DNA from: a virus
Taxonomy: Duplodnaviria > Caudoviricetes
DNA: 43,191 nt
Virus record (IMG/VR): IMGVR_UViG_3300034025_000010
Coordinates: 1 to 43,191 of that record
Direction: 5' to 3' (one strand)
Positions 1 through 10,452 of this stretch are shown here, in pieces. The notes beneath the pieces were generated by a model, which had not been told where the DNA came from, did not search any database, and saw only the letters and a program-made list of their open reading frames with translations. The translations under genes and the position numbers were made by a program. The first letter of the stretch is position 1. The number at the start of each line of letters is the position of its first letter.

Positions 1-194
1 GGAGTGCCATCTATATCAAGTACTGTATTAGTACCAAGATAAATATGTGCAACTGCTCTATTAACGTCTGTGTCACCGTAGAAAGAAGTACCATTATTAA
101 ATGCTATTTTACCTGCGTAACTATTATCACCTGTACTATCCACAACATTAACTACACCTGCGCTTGGAATGTAACCACTTACATTACTAAATGC
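1..194. repeat. Terminal direct repeat, left copy (circular assembly overlap)
   Basis: 1-194 is identical to 42998-43191 except T67 vs C43064. It lies inside a gene, so it is most likely an assembly overlap rather than the physical terminal repeat. Confidence 0.95.
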
Positions 195-1430
195 TATGGA
201 AGAAAGTAAAGAGTAAGGAGTTGCAAGACCGCGTGGATTATTCACTAATAACAATACAGCAGAACTTTCAATATGCGCATTGCCTACTTTAACTATTGCA
301 TACGGATTTCCGTAAGTAACACTTTGACAAGGCCGCACTTCAATAGCACAATTACCTGCTGCGTTAATAGTTTGTACTAACTCACCTCCAGAAATATAGA
401 AAAATCCACCTTCGAAGATAGCACTTTTTAACGGCCCACCTAATATTACATTTGTCTCAGCAACTAAATTACATCCAATAAAACTAGCACCAGTTTGTGA
501 CCCGCCCCCGCGTAAAGCTATAGGACAAGCAAACGCATTACAGCCATAATAAGCAAGTTCTGAACATTGGAAATCTACGTTATATTCCCCAACTCCAAAT
601 GCTTCTTTAGCATTCCGAACTGTTACATTGTAAATATTAATTCTTGTGCTAGATTGCGAAGTGCCTGCTTGTACTTTAACAAAATGTCCATAAGTATAAT
701 TAGCACTATTCTGCGCGTGAATAGTACAAGCACCTAATTGGTTAAAACCTACACAATTAACAACTTCAAATATTGCATTTTCCGCAGACAGCCCCATGCC
801 AAAAATATAGCAATTATCCATAGTAACGGAAAAATTACTTATTACATCTTTGACTTGTAGTTTAGTTACATTATACTTCGCATACGGGAATATAAGATTA
901 CCTCCATTAAGAACTCCCCAATCAATTGCTTCTTGTATTGAAGCTGTGTGATTGAGTAACTGAGTTCCTGCGAGTGCATCCAATACTTCCGCTTGTGTCA
1001 TAAAATCAAACACACTATAATCTTCTCGCAACTTCTCTTGTATTGATCTGAATCTAGAACCCGTAGCTCCAAGAATATATCCAATAATCGCAGAACCACT
1101 TGAATTCAAAAGATCCGCACGAAGTATGGAATCAATTAATGCGTTACCTGTAATACCAACAAAACCAACAAAAAGAATCTCATCTCCTACTGTTGCAGGA
1201 GCAGTAAGTACTATTCCTACGTTACTGACTTCTACATAATCTTCTGTACGAGTAAGTATCTTACCATTCTTATATACTGTGAGTGACCCAGTATTCGCAA
1301 CAAACGCAAAAGTAACAAGATTAAAAATTGTTTGTCCTGCAATAGCTACTTGCTGTTCTTGTTTAACTGTGCCAGTGGCGTTAGACTCAGCTAAAAATTT
1401 ATCATTAGGACTCCAAACGGTTGCTCCCAT
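1..1430 (-). CDS. Tailspike / receptor-binding protein, N-terminal part (gene crosses the circular junction; 636 aa in total with 42517-42997)
   Basis: Hand translation from ATG at 1430 (MGATVWSPND...) is open to position 1 and in frame with ORF 42517-43140. It contains the tailspike beta-helix entry motif RSIQEKLRE.YSVFDF...TASIQEAID...LIFP..KY followed by beta-rich sequence. Missing from the ORF track because it runs off the end. Confidence 0.85.
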   Translation of the reverse strand, partial: MGATVWSPNDKFLAESNATGTVKQEQQVAIAGQTIFNLVTFAFVANTGSLTVYKNGKILTRTEDYVEVSNVGIVLTAPATVGDEILFVGFVGITGNALIDSILRADLLNSSGSAIIGYILGATGSRFRSIQEKLREDYSVFDFMTQAEVLDALAGTQLLNHTASIQEAIDWGVLNGGNLIFPYAKYNVTKLQVKDVISNFSVTMDNCYIFGMGLSAENAIFEVVNCVGFNQLGACTIHAQNSANYTYGHFVKVQAGTSQSSTRINIYNVTVRNAKEAFGVGEYNVDFQCSELAYYGCNAFACPIALRGGGSQTGASFIGCNLVAETNVILGGPLKSAIFEGGFFYISGGELVQTINAAGNCAIEVRPCQSVTYGNPYAIVKVGNAHIESSAVLLLVNNPRGLATPYSLLSSIAFSNVSGYIPSAGVVNVVDSTGDNSYAGKIAFNNGTSFYGDTDVNRAVAHIYLGTNTVLDIDGT

Positions 1431-1441
1431 TTTAATTCCCC

Positions 1442-2044
1442 TTAGTAGCCATTAGCTATTATGTTTGTAATTTTCAATTCAGCATATTGTGCAGCTACTA
1501 ATCCTTGGTACGCTGCAAACTGTTCGTCGTAACCGATAGTTTTAAATATTGTAGCAGCTGCTTCATAAACAATTGCTGCTGATTGTTCTTCTGCTATCCA
1601 AGAACTATAGGTTTCAGTTCCAGTATCTGGGTATATATAGCATCCAATTAAATAATATTGATGAGCTGCTCTTGTTCTTATTTGTAGACTCTGCCCAGCA
1701 ACATAACATACCCCTTCTCTATTTGCGCTGTATGAATCAAGTACTTGTTCTGGAGTTATTATCTCAACAAAATCCCCCGGACTTCCGGGTGTAGTACTTG
1801 CATCATAGGTACGAAGATATTTAAGTGCTCGCCATTTTGGTACTAATGTTTTGTAATCTAAACTTTGTTGAGCTACTGAAGTATCAAACATTACTCCAGT
1901 TTCAAATATATCTTTATAAAAATAATCTGAACTGTGAGCTTTAATCGTAGCTGTACGAATAGCTAACAACGTCTCACCCACCAGATCAGGTCTGTTTGTA
2001 AGAAGTATTACATCATTAAATAAGCTGGTGAGTAAGGCGTTCAT
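1442..2044 (-). CDS. Virion structural protein, probable head-tail adaptor / tail tubular protein A-like
   Basis: 200 aa, between the capsid and tailspike genes. N-terminal RPDL motif and C-terminal helix fit podovirus adaptors (inference from size and synteny). Confidence 0.6.
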   Translation of the reverse strand: MNALLTSLFNDVILLTNRPDLVGETLLAIRTATIKAHSSDYFYKDIFETGVMFDTSVAQQSLDYKTLVPKWRALKYLRTYDASTTPGSPGDFVEIITPEQVLDSYSANREGVCYVAGQSLQIRTRAAHQYYLIGCYIYPDTGTETYSSWIAEEQSAAIVYEAAATIFKTIGYDEQFAAYQGLVAAQYAELKITNIIANGY

Positions 2045-2050
2045 AGGTTA

Positions 2051-2674
2051 TTAAGCTTTCTTAGCTGCCATGTTAGCTGCCATTGCAGCAAGTTTAGCTT
2101 TAGCATCATCACCAGTAGGTGCATTTACTGCAGCTGACTCTTGAATAGTTACACCAGTTTCAGATTTCAGATCTACTGGAACAACTACTTGAGGAGCCAG
2201 AGTTTCACCTGCAAGTGGATTAGTAGTAGGCACTACACCAACTTTAACTTCTGGAGCTTTCTGGAATTGCAGATGACTAGCACCTTCCAGAGTTTGTGCA
2301 ATGTTACGGCTATTAGCCAATGAAGTTTTAAATGCTTCAGAATCAGTATTCGATACATTATTAATATTCATTGCTCTTGCACGTTCCATCTCTTGCTCTG
2401 CCAGAAGTTCTGCGCGAGCTTCTTCACGTGCTTTCAATCTTACAACTTCCATTGGCGACAGTGCATTCGAGTCAATTTCATAATCCGTTTCATCCACATA
2501 GATATAAGGATGCGAACTGCGAGTTACACCTACTTGTTTAACTTCTTGCATTAGTTCCTTAATCTGATCTTCTTCACTAGTCATGAAACGACCATTGATG
2601 AATACAGCAGTCATACCATTTTTGAAATGGAAGCTGAAAGAAGGAAGTGCCGATTTAAAGATTTTGCTAATCAT
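2051..2674 (-). CDS. Hypothetical protein, head module
   Basis: 207 aa ORF with GGAG RBS, directly downstream of the capsid gene; low-complexity Ala/Lys C-terminus. Confidence 0.6.
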   Translation of the reverse strand: MISKIFKSALPSFSFHFKNGMTAVFINGRFMTSEEDQIKELMQEVKQVGVTRSSHPYIYVDETDYEIDSNALSPMEVVRLKAREEARAELLAEQEMERARAMNINNVSNTDSEAFKTSLANSRNIAQTLEGASHLQFQKAPEVKVGVVPTTNPLAGETLAPQVVVPVDLKSETGVTIQESAAVNAPTGDDAKAKLAAMAANMAAKKA

Positions 2675-2778
2675 GGTAATTCTCCAAGAGTTATAAGATT
2701 GTGTTACAGGTATTCGGGGCAGTTTCTTCGATCAGATCTGCCAACTGATATTCCTAACAAGCTAACGCTATCTAGGTA

Positions 2779-4002
2779 TTAGCCAGCAGCACCAACAGTC
2801 AGGTTATACACTACCGAATTAGCTGGTGGATTCTTAACTACGCAAGTCATTTCCGTAGTCAGAGTACCGCCAACTGCGTCGATACCATTGTCATCAGCAT
2901 TATCACGATCACCGTTGAAAGACTTATGTTGCGTCTTACGATCACCAAGGTAAGCAGTACGGAAGGTGGACAGATCAACTGCAACTGCCATCTTACTCCA
3001 GCTTGGGTTAGTATTAAACAGTGGGTGTTCAATCATACGGAACTGGCCGCGAGTAGTTTTGAAACTACCGAATTGCAGACCGTAAGAAGTCTGACCTTCG
3101 CTGATGAAGTAAGTACCATTCAGACGACCAATGGTATTAATTACTTTCTTCGCAGTGCCACCAACAAACAGAACACGCTCGTTAGCTACTTTAGGATCAG
3201 TGGACTGGTTAAATACTGGATCCAAGAAACCTTCCAGTTGCGTGTAGTTAGTAGTACCGCCAGCTACGTTAATGTTAGCAGCACTGTAGATACTTGGGTA
3301 GTAGCTCAGGTTACCAATGATGTTAATCAAACCATCCATAGTACGGAATGGCTGACCATTACGAGTACCCATAGACTTCTGACCAAAGAACAGTGCTTTC
3401 TCAATATCAGCTGCATGGAAAGCTGCACAATCTTGCTTGCTCTCTGCTTGATTACTTTCACCTGCAATCATCAGAGTAGCACGGATGGTGTCAGAAATAC
3501 CCCAGCTATTACGGAAGATCTGAGTTAAGTTAGTGATGCGAACAGGGTTAATGTTCAGTGCATTAGGACGCAGAGAAGCTTCCTCGAATGCGTTACCAAC
3601 TTGATACAGATTAACAGAACCTGCAATTGCTGCAGCAGGAGTAGAACCAACAGCACGGTTCACATTGATCTGAGTTGGAGACAGAATGCTATTAACAATC
3701 ACATTCTCGAAACTGGAATCAACACGCATGATCATACCCGGAAGGATATTAGCAGTGCTAGTAACAGTGAAGACTGTATCAGTTGCAGTTTGTCCACCTG
3801 CGCCAAGAGTCATTTGTGGAAAGAGCATAGTCTTCGTGAAGAAGCCATGTTCAACTTGTACTGCTGTTTCCGATGCCAGCATAGAAGTCATGCCAAACAA
3901 TGGAGCAGCGCCTTGTGGCATCAGACGCGTAATAAGCCCAGCAAAACTCAGCTTAGCCAGATTAGCAGTGAGGTTATTAGTAGTAAACAGACCGGTAGAC
4001 AT
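2779..4002 (-). CDS. Major capsid protein (SU10/DUF5309-like HK97 fold)
   Basis: 407 aa with motifs NLTQIFRNSWGISDT, DIEKALFFGQK, RTMDGL and MIEHPLF, typical of this capsid family; follows the scaffold and decoration genes. Confidence 0.9.
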   Translation of the reverse strand: MSTGLFTTNNLTANLAKLSFAGLITRLMPQGAAPLFGMTSMLASETAVQVEHGFFTKTMLFPQMTLGAGGQTATDTVFTVTSTANILPGMIMRVDSSFENVIVNSILSPTQINVNRAVGSTPAAAIAGSVNLYQVGNAFEEASLRPNALNINPVRITNLTQIFRNSWGISDTIRATLMIAGESNQAESKQDCAAFHAADIEKALFFGQKSMGTRNGQPFRTMDGLINIIGNLSYYPSIYSAANINVAGGTTNYTQLEGFLDPVFNQSTDPKVANERVLFVGGTAKKVINTIGRLNGTYFISEGQTSYGLQFGSFKTTRGQFRMIEHPLFNTNPSWSKMAVAVDLSTFRTAYLGDRKTQHKSFNGDRDNADDNGIDAVGGTLTTEMTCVVKNPPANSVVYNLTVGAAG

Positions 4003-4057
4003 AATAGGATTCCTTAGAATTGGATTTAAAAGTTGTTACGTTGTACTACCAGACTAC

Positions 4058-4708
4058 TTAGACTGGACCACCACCGATACCAGCAATACTAACAGTTGGG
4101 CTGAAGGTCAATGCTACGTTTGCACCAGTAGCAGTTGCATTAGCACTTAGAGTTACAGTACCAGCCGTAAGGTTAACACCAATAACAGTCGTACCACCTG
4201 CGATACCAGTGCCAGTTACAGTCATGCCCGGAGTAATAAGCCCCAGTGCAGTCTGCGAAAGACCAGTAATGGTTGCATTGGCATTAGTAGTATTACCTAC
4301 ACCAATACTTGCATTAGTGGTATTCACCAGAGTTACCAAGAAATCTCTCCAGCTACTTGCTGCAATCGCAGTAGTGCCACTAAGAGTTACACCAGTGTTA
4401 GCAGTGATGGTATTAATAAAGGCTACAGTATTCAGAATACGCAGACGATGAGTACTGCCCGGATTAGGGGTCTGACCATTAACCGCCAGTGCAGCGATAA
4501 TATCAGCAGCCGTAGCTACCGTATCAGCATAAGCACCAACAGGACCAGTACGAGAAATAAGACTGTATCCAGTAATCAGTGCAGCAGTAAGTGCACCTGC
4601 GCCAACAGTACTAAGTACACCAATTACTTCACCCTGAGCTACAACATCGCCGTTACTAACATCACGAACGAAGCCATTGTCTCGGGTTTGTGCTTTTACA
4701 TAAGACAT
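4058..4708 (-). CDS. Capsid decoration / head fibre protein
   Basis: Gly/Thr/Ala-rich, with the GMTVTGTGI..GTTV.......VTLSANATA repeat seen in phage fibres; between scaffold and capsid genes. Confidence 0.6.
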   Translation of the reverse strand: MSYVKAQTRDNGFVRDVSNGDVVAQGEVIGVLSTVGAGALTAALITGYSLISRTGPVGAYADTVATAADIIAALAVNGQTPNPGSTHRLRILNTVAFINTITANTGVTLSGTTAIAASSWRDFLVTLVNTTNASIGVGNTTNANATITGLSQTALGLITPGMTVTGTGIAGGTTVIGVNLTAGTVTLSANATATGANVALTFSPTVSIAGIGGGPV

Positions 4709-4757
4709 GATATATCCTTTAAGAGTTAGAAAATACTACGAATGATACTAAATTAGA

Positions 4758-5498
4758 TTAGAATGATTCCCAATCTTCAGATACGTTAACTTTTTGTTTC
4801 TCTTGTTTTGGGGGATTAGCTGCAGTTGCAAAACTTACTAAGAATTCTTCTGCTTGCTTCTGAATGGTAGCAGCATCAGCATTAGGATTCTTAAGTTGCA
4901 TTTGTTTCTGGAGGGTTTCCAACATAGGTGCAGCAGCTGGATGATTAAAGATAGGATTTGAACTACGCAGGTTATTAGTTACGTTTTGTTGTTTAATCAT
5001 GTTAGGCAATGCTGCTTGAAACTCCTCTCGTTGTTTATCAAGAGCTTTTTCAATCAGCTTAATAGAAGCTTGTGCAGACTGTGCATAAGTATCTTGTGCC
5101 ATCGCATTCATAGCTTGCAGTGTAGCCGCAACCGCACCTTCTCCACCAGCAGAGATAGCTTGCATCATTTCAGGAGTAACTACTTTAGAGAAATCCGTCT
5201 TAGCTGCAACACCTTGAATAGCTTCAGGAGTTACACCAGCAAATGCAGATTCTGGAGGTTTAGGCATATCCTCAGGTTTAACATTCCACATATCTTTGTA
5301 CTTATCCAGACCTTCAGGCGCAGCAGGAACAGTAGGATTATTAGCATCAGCAGGCATATTGTTAACTGCAGGGATATTACCCGGAGTTGGCTGTGCTTGT
5401 TGTTGAGCTACTTGTGCTTGAATAGCTGGATTAGCTCCTTGTGCAGGAGAGAGATGTTGAGGAGTCGAATTGCCAAACAGTTTGTGTAAGATGCTCAT
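4758..5498 (-). CDS. Capsid scaffolding protein (putative)
   Basis: Pro/Gln/Ala-rich N-terminus, helical body, ends in DWESF; between portal and capsid genes. Confidence 0.65.
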   Translation of the reverse strand: MSILHKLFGNSTPQHLSPAQGANPAIQAQVAQQQAQPTPGNIPAVNNMPADANNPTVPAAPEGLDKYKDMWNVKPEDMPKPPESAFAGVTPEAIQGVAAKTDFSKVVTPEMMQAISAGGEGAVAATLQAMNAMAQDTYAQSAQASIKLIEKALDKQREEFQAALPNMIKQQNVTNNLRSSNPIFNHPAAAPMLETLQKQMQLKNPNADAATIQKQAEEFLVSFATAANPPKQEKQKVNVSEDWESF

Positions 5499-5549
5499 GA
5501 TTAAGTTCCTAAAGAGTTATATTAAGATGTGAGACTACTGGAGGTTGTA

Positions 5550-5840
5550 TTACGAAGTTGCTTGTTGCGCTTGTGCTAACGCTAATAATTGCTCTTGTGC
5601 TGCTGCATGACAATCTAATAGATATTTATATGCTTCCATCTGACCTTTATAATTTGCTTCTGATTGAATAAAATCTGCATAGTTATTTGGGTCAGGTACT
5701 AATGCTAACCTAGACTGTGCAAGCATCGCTATTTGAGATTGTATGAACTGATGTTGATCAGTGGTTAGCGTCATACCAGCTAGTTGTTCTTGATTAGTTT
5801 GAGAATACTGAGTAAACTCATTTTCAATAATTACACTCAT
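5550..5840 (-). CDS. Hypothetical protein downstream of portal
   Basis: 96 aa; start overlaps the portal stop (ATGA coupling). Confidence 0.65.
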   Translation of the reverse strand: MSVIIENEFTQYSQTNQEQLAGMTLTTDQHQFIQSQIAMLAQSRLALVPDPNNYADFIQSEANYKGQMEAYKYLLDCHAAAQEQLLALAQAQQATS

Positions 5841-7870
5841 TGTGGCTGCTCCGATGTTATAGTACTTGGTTCATTTGTTGCAGGAGAACCTGCTTGTTTA
5901 GCTGGATCATATCCAAATTGTTGCGGTAATGGAGCAGGTGGAAGCATTGCAGGATCTTGTTCAGGATTCTGTTTATACAATTGCATAACCATTTGTTGAT
6001 ATTGTCCCATTGCTTGTTCATATGCTTGTTGTTGTGGACTCTTTTCAAATGGAGTAAGTTCAGCACCTTTAAGTTTCATCAGATAGCTGAACATTGGAGC
6101 TATATTGTAACCTGCACCAATTACTGGACTAGATCCAATCTGCTGTAATGCTACTGCCAGCATATCAGAATCCATAATCTTATCTGTAGGTGTAAGACCA
6201 TCAGACATTTTAAATTGCATGACAGCTGTACGTAATGCTACAGGATCAACTTTAACATCAGTCTTTTTCTCTCGATTGTATAAACTAATTCCACCTTGAT
6301 ACTGAAGAGTATTAATTTTCAATATCTCTTTCAATGGAGTAAATATCTGACTCTCATATCCCATTGCTATCATCTGATCTCTGCCATTAGCATTACCCAT
6401 TACAGTATCAAACTCAGATGTGGTCTTATTACCTTTTACAAATTGACCTTGTCGCACAGGATTCTGGCCAGATATCATATTAGCCATTGCACCATATTGC
6501 TGCATCAATTGTGCTACATAAGGAGCTTGATCATCTCTAAATGGAAATGCATGTACAGCATCAGATACTGGCTTACCATACGCACCCGGACGTACAGGAA
6601 TTTTAGCACTTGGATTAGCGTTATTAATATGTGCTTCTGTAACTCGGGAAGGATCATATAAAGTACGATCACTAATAGCACGTCTTCTTGCAGCAATAGT
6701 ACTATTTGAGAGCGCACTAGTAATATCCTGAATTGGACTCACATTATCTGCAAGTGATTTCGTTTGATATCCAAGTCCATCTTCCAACGGCTGCCCAAAC
6801 AAGACAGGCAACATGTTATGTGCATTAGTTTGACGCTCTGCATAGATAAGTACTTGATGGTTTACAAATATAAGTTTCCAAATCTGCGGAGTATTCTGTT
6901 CTGGAAGCTTCATATTGAAATCAGAAGGCATGATACGAGCGTACATGGTAGTTACTTCATACATGTTCTTGTATTCAATGCCTTGCTTAGCCCCAGAAAC
7001 ACCTGCCCAAGATTCCCAGTTAAATGCTCCCTGCAGGGCAGGAGTAAGCATAGCTCTTGGATTAATCTGTGGTACATAGTAATTCTCAATACCTCCAGAA
7101 GCACCAGTACTAATACTGATTGCTCCCATACCAGATTCAAAAGCTTCTTTAATATTCTCAAGTCTAGCATCAGGTAGAGAATTAATGAACTGTTTAAGTC
7201 TTATGCGGGACATTACTTCCGTATTCCCTACAAAATCCCCTTTAAGATGCATCTCTGCTGGGTTAACTCTGTTATCAAAGAACGTGTTATACATATCCCA
7301 GCGTTTGAGCTTATTACCTTCCCAAATTACTTCTTTAGGCTTAGCAATTTTAGGATCAAAACTGATATTAGTTTCCGGAAGCCATGTAACTTCTCTAGCC
7401 CAGCAGCATTCTAGTGCACTAATATTATATTTAAACCCATCTCTGAAGAACATTGTAAGTTCTCTAGTCCAACCACCACGAGTGGCTTGATTATCTATAA
7501 TTGTTTCCATTTGCAGAGCTTCATTTTCCCATTCAGGAGAAGCAGAAACACCAAAGAGTGGAATCCCAGTTAGAAATACAGATGATTGATACGTAACTGC
7601 TGCTTCTACCTGTGGCATTACGATAGGAATAGTGATATTCTGGAATCTATCTTTATCCCCGTAGCGATTAGCTATTTTAGCCCGCTGATTTTCTACAGTT
7701 AGGTCCATTTCACGGGCATAAGCTAGATCAATATCACGCATTTGTTCCCGAAGATTCCACTGGGAGTTATACTGTTGATAGCACTGACGATGAAAATCGA
7801 GAAGTCCTGCTTGTGTATTCTTACTCAGGAGTACAGGAGTACTTGCAGTATTAAGTCCGGCTCCGGCCAT
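5837..7870 (-). CDS. Portal protein (P22/SU10-like)
   Basis: 677 aa immediately after TerL; the MISGQNP..QG....G.KT..E motif and Gln/Pro-rich tail are typical of podovirus portals. Confidence 0.85.
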   Translation of the reverse strand: MAGAGLNTASTPVLLSKNTQAGLLDFHRQCYQQYNSQWNLREQMRDIDLAYAREMDLTVENQRAKIANRYGDKDRFQNITIPIVMPQVEAAVTYQSSVFLTGIPLFGVSASPEWENEALQMETIIDNQATRGGWTRELTMFFRDGFKYNISALECCWAREVTWLPETNISFDPKIAKPKEVIWEGNKLKRWDMYNTFFDNRVNPAEMHLKGDFVGNTEVMSRIRLKQFINSLPDARLENIKEAFESGMGAISISTGASGGIENYYVPQINPRAMLTPALQGAFNWESWAGVSGAKQGIEYKNMYEVTTMYARIMPSDFNMKLPEQNTPQIWKLIFVNHQVLIYAERQTNAHNMLPVLFGQPLEDGLGYQTKSLADNVSPIQDITSALSNSTIAARRRAISDRTLYDPSRVTEAHINNANPSAKIPVRPGAYGKPVSDAVHAFPFRDDQAPYVAQLMQQYGAMANMISGQNPVRQGQFVKGNKTTSEFDTVMGNANGRDQMIAMGYESQIFTPLKEILKINTLQYQGGISLYNREKKTDVKVDPVALRTAVMQFKMSDGLTPTDKIMDSDMLAVALQQIGSSPVIGAGYNIAPMFSYLMKLKGAELTPFEKSPQQQAYEQAMGQYQQMVMQLYKQNPEQDPAMLPPAPLPQQFGYDPAKQAGSPATNEPSTITSEQPQ

Positions 7871-7904
7871 GATAGTTCCTTTTGGATGTGGGTAATTATT
7901 GGTA

Positions 7905-9503
7905 TTAAAAACAGCTGTTATGCTCTATTAAATCTAATGAGCCGATCTCTTGTTCTACAAGTATTCCATTATTTACTACATATTCCTCATACATCTCTAG
8001 AACCTTAGGAGCATAGCAAAGAAGATCAAGAATATCATCAGTGTTATTGTCTTTTAATGGATTAAAACTAGTGATCTGTGCATGTACTTGTGCGCGAAGA
8101 TTCTGATTAACTTGTACCTCGCCAGTTTGATACAGTTTGAACATGGAAAGAATACGAGATATCTTACTGAATCCGCCCGGATATACTTCTACACAGTGGA
8201 TACCAGTAATTTGAAGTTGCACACATATAACTTCGAACCAGTAACAGAGAGATGCTTGATAAGCTACTGATTCAATACAGACTAATTTGCAGTTATTTCG
8301 CAATGCATAGGTAAGTGCTTGACGAATGGTATCTCCAGGACTCAGACGAGCACTGGTAAGTTCCATTAATACAGGCTTAGTATTATGTACTTCAAAATAT
8401 CCAATAGCACATTCATCACTTTTGCGTTTCATACCAGAAGGATCAATGAGAATGAAATTACCTGCTGCTATATCGAGTCCTAATTGTATATCGACTGGCG
8501 GAATTTTAGAGAAATCTACACGATTATTAGCTGCTGCATTCTCATCATTCAGAACTTCAGAATAAAATATCTCTGGCTTACCCATAGAGAGATCATTCTC
8601 AAATTCACGTGTAAGTTGTTCTATTGGTTGTAGCTCTTCCCAGAGAGATGTGCCATCTGCAAGAATACCACCTGCAATGAATTTAGTCCAATTAGGATTA
8701 GATTTAAGTCTTTTAAGTATGGACCATTTAGTAGGATACATGTTAGCTACAAACAGGAACATGCAACCTGTAGGAGACTTAGCTTTCATTGCAGTACCTA
8801 CCATCCAAGTCTCTAATGCACTAGATATTACTTCTGAATCCGCATCTTCGCGAGTTTGTATATCTTCAAATATCATTACATCTGGACGAGTGTTATTAAT
8901 ATTAAGTCCACGAAGAGAAGTACCAGCACCAATTCCGCACAGTACTATATTCCTACCTCTGAATCCGAACTTCTTTTGTCCTAGTGTATCCTGAATCATA
9001 CCTAGTTTCCAGTCACCAAAGATTTTAATGATATTTGGTTCATCTAGAAAAGCGGCAATATCGAATATAATATTCTCAGCTAGTTTGCTGGTGTTACTGA
9101 TTACTAGTATGAATTTCTTATTAGTGAATAGAATACAATACAGTACAAATAGTTTAATTACAGTAGTCTTACCAAATCCTCGTGGAAGTCCCAGTGCTAA
9201 TTGTGGAAATGTGCGAGGTTGTTTGATAAAGGATAGTAACCAAAGCCATACAGATATGAATACTGGAGGGAAGCAGAATACAAAACTGAGTGGTGCTGCT
9301 AATGCTCCTAAGAAATCTAGAGACTTACTAGCTAATTCATGTACTTGCGCAGATTCAAATGTAGCTTCTTGCACTAGTTCTTGTTCTGGTATTTCAGCAG
9401 ATGTAATTTCTACTGTAGTAGCGGCCAATGCTTCTAATTGTGCAGTCCTGAGGGATTCATATTCCTCTTTAGAACCTCCAAGAGAATCAAATAACTTATT
9501 CAT
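7905..9503 (-). CDS. terL: Terminase large subunit
   Basis: Walker A LPRGFGKTT, SLRG motif, Walker B VMIFEDIQ, RNase H-like nuclease LIDPSG...IESVAYQ...DDILD. Confidence 0.93.
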   Translation of the reverse strand: MNKLFDSLGGSKEEYESLRTAQLEALAATTVEITSAEIPEQELVQEATFESAQVHELASKSLDFLGALAAPLSFVFCFPPVFISVWLWLLSFIKQPRTFPQLALGLPRGFGKTTVIKLFVLYCILFTNKKFILVISNTSKLAENIIFDIAAFLDEPNIIKIFGDWKLGMIQDTLGQKKFGFRGRNIVLCGIGAGTSLRGLNINNTRPDVMIFEDIQTREDADSEVISSALETWMVGTAMKAKSPTGCMFLFVANMYPTKWSILKRLKSNPNWTKFIAGGILADGTSLWEELQPIEQLTREFENDLSMGKPEIFYSEVLNDENAAANNRVDFSKIPPVDIQLGLDIAAGNFILIDPSGMKRKSDECAIGYFEVHNTKPVLMELTSARLSPGDTIRQALTYALRNNCKLVCIESVAYQASLCYWFEVICVQLQITGIHCVEVYPGGFSKISRILSMFKLYQTGEVQVNQNLRAQVHAQITSFNPLKDNNTDDILDLLCYAPKVLEMYEEYVVNNGILVEQEIGSLDLIEHNSCF

Positions 9504-9681
9504 AATTCCGGCCTTTTACAGAGGTTATACTAAGAACTGTATTAGCTTCTACTTGGGATTGAATACGTAATAGCATTTCAAGCGCACGTTGGTTATTAGC
9601 AGCGATAAGCCTTGCAGAGATATCAGCTTTCTGTTGTTGCTGAGGTGAGCACTGTACTTGAGGAACTGTTGTATTTGTCAT
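9496..9681 (-). CDS. Small hypothetical protein between terS and terL
   Basis: 61 aa with a strong AGGAG RBS; overlaps the terS end and terL start. Confidence 0.55.
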   Translation of the reverse strand: MTNTTVPQVQCSPQQQQKADISARLIAANNQRALEMLLRIQSQVEANTVLSITSVKGRNYE

Positions 9682-10210
9682 TACTTTCTCCTAATCTTGC
9701 TATCTCTCTAGCTTTCGCTGTTACTAGCATTTGAGAAGATTGCATAGTTTCTAGTGTTTGATTACCTGCGTTAATTACTTGGTTATTGATATTAGTTGCA
9801 AAACGTTGTACAATTTGAGTTGGCATTACAAGATTAACTACAGTGTTCTGATGAGTGATAGATTCTGGCGCACTCTGACCTCTTCTCTTAGCAGCATTGA
9901 TTACTTGAATTGCCTTAAGTATTTCCATCGGCCGCATCATTAGTGGAAGTACATCTTGTAATTGATCTAGTAACTTCTGCTCCATTGTATCATACTTAGA
10001 ATCCATTTCATTATGTTTCTGAAGATTCTGGAATCTAAGTTCACTAACTGCTGCTGCGAATTCTGGCTCAGACAGTAACTGACTAATTCTACTTACCGAA
10101 ACTCCTACTGCTGTGGCTACTACTTCCGGACCACATCCAGAACCTAGTAACTTAAGTGCTCTTTCTTCAGTTGCACCTCTCACCACTTGGCCATTAGTAA
10201 TTGCGCTCAT
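9623..10210 (-). CDS. terS: Terminase small subunit (putative)
   Basis: N-terminal HTH (ALKLLGSG..PEVVATAVGVSVSRISQLL) plus helical region; first gene of the late arm, upstream of terL; AGGAG RBS. Confidence 0.75.
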   Translation of the reverse strand: MSAITNGQVVRGATEERALKLLGSGCGPEVVATAVGVSVSRISQLLSEPEFAAAVSELRFQNLQKHNEMDSKYDTMEQKLLDQLQDVLPLMMRPMEILKAIQVINAAKRRGQSAPESITHQNTVVNLVMPTQIVQRFATNINNQVINAGNQTLETMQSSQMLVTAKAREIARLGESNDKYNSSSSTVLTSATTES

Positions 10211-10371
10211 GATTGCGACTCCTAAAAAATTTTGCAGAAAATAGTATGCATCTGGTACTTGTAATTATATCTGCTGTGAGAACTAACAACATACGAGATA
10301 GTGAGTTTTGAAAAAGTTTAGTAATTTTGAGTAGGTGCCATAGGAATACCAGTCGCGTGTGAAACTAAAAA

Positions 10372-10452
10372 GGGTCATGCCCCCCGGTAGGTTAGTGAGG
10401 TAGTAATGTACTGTGGTAGTGAGGTAGTACAGTGGTGTAGTAGTGTAGTAGT
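10372..10452. repeat. Short direct-repeat tract next to a C6 run; candidate physical genome end / pac region
   Basis: TAGTGAGGTAGTA at 10393-10405 and 10417-10429, GTGTAGTAGT twice at 10435-10452, CCCCCC at 10380-10385; upstream of terS at the arm divergence. Confidence 0.45.

Noticed and set aside
1-194. Diversity-generating retroelement TR/VR pair (the repeat differs at an adenine on the coding strand of a tail gene)
   Set aside because: Only one mismatch, the copies sit exactly at the contig ends, and no reverse transcriptase is encoded; a circular overlap explains it.
2926-5489. Long antisense ORFs over the head genes, and similar ones at 17971-18795, 22925-23680 and 24161-24739
   Set aside because: They are shadows of codon-biased genes on the opposite strand, with no recognisable motifs.
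10325-10340. Third sigma54 site (minus-strand TGGCAC upstream of terS)
   Set aside because: No GC at the -12 position (TGGCACCTACTCAAAA).
10409-10433. Second LexA box (CTGT...ACAG)
   Set aside because: The spacer is 14 nt instead of 8.
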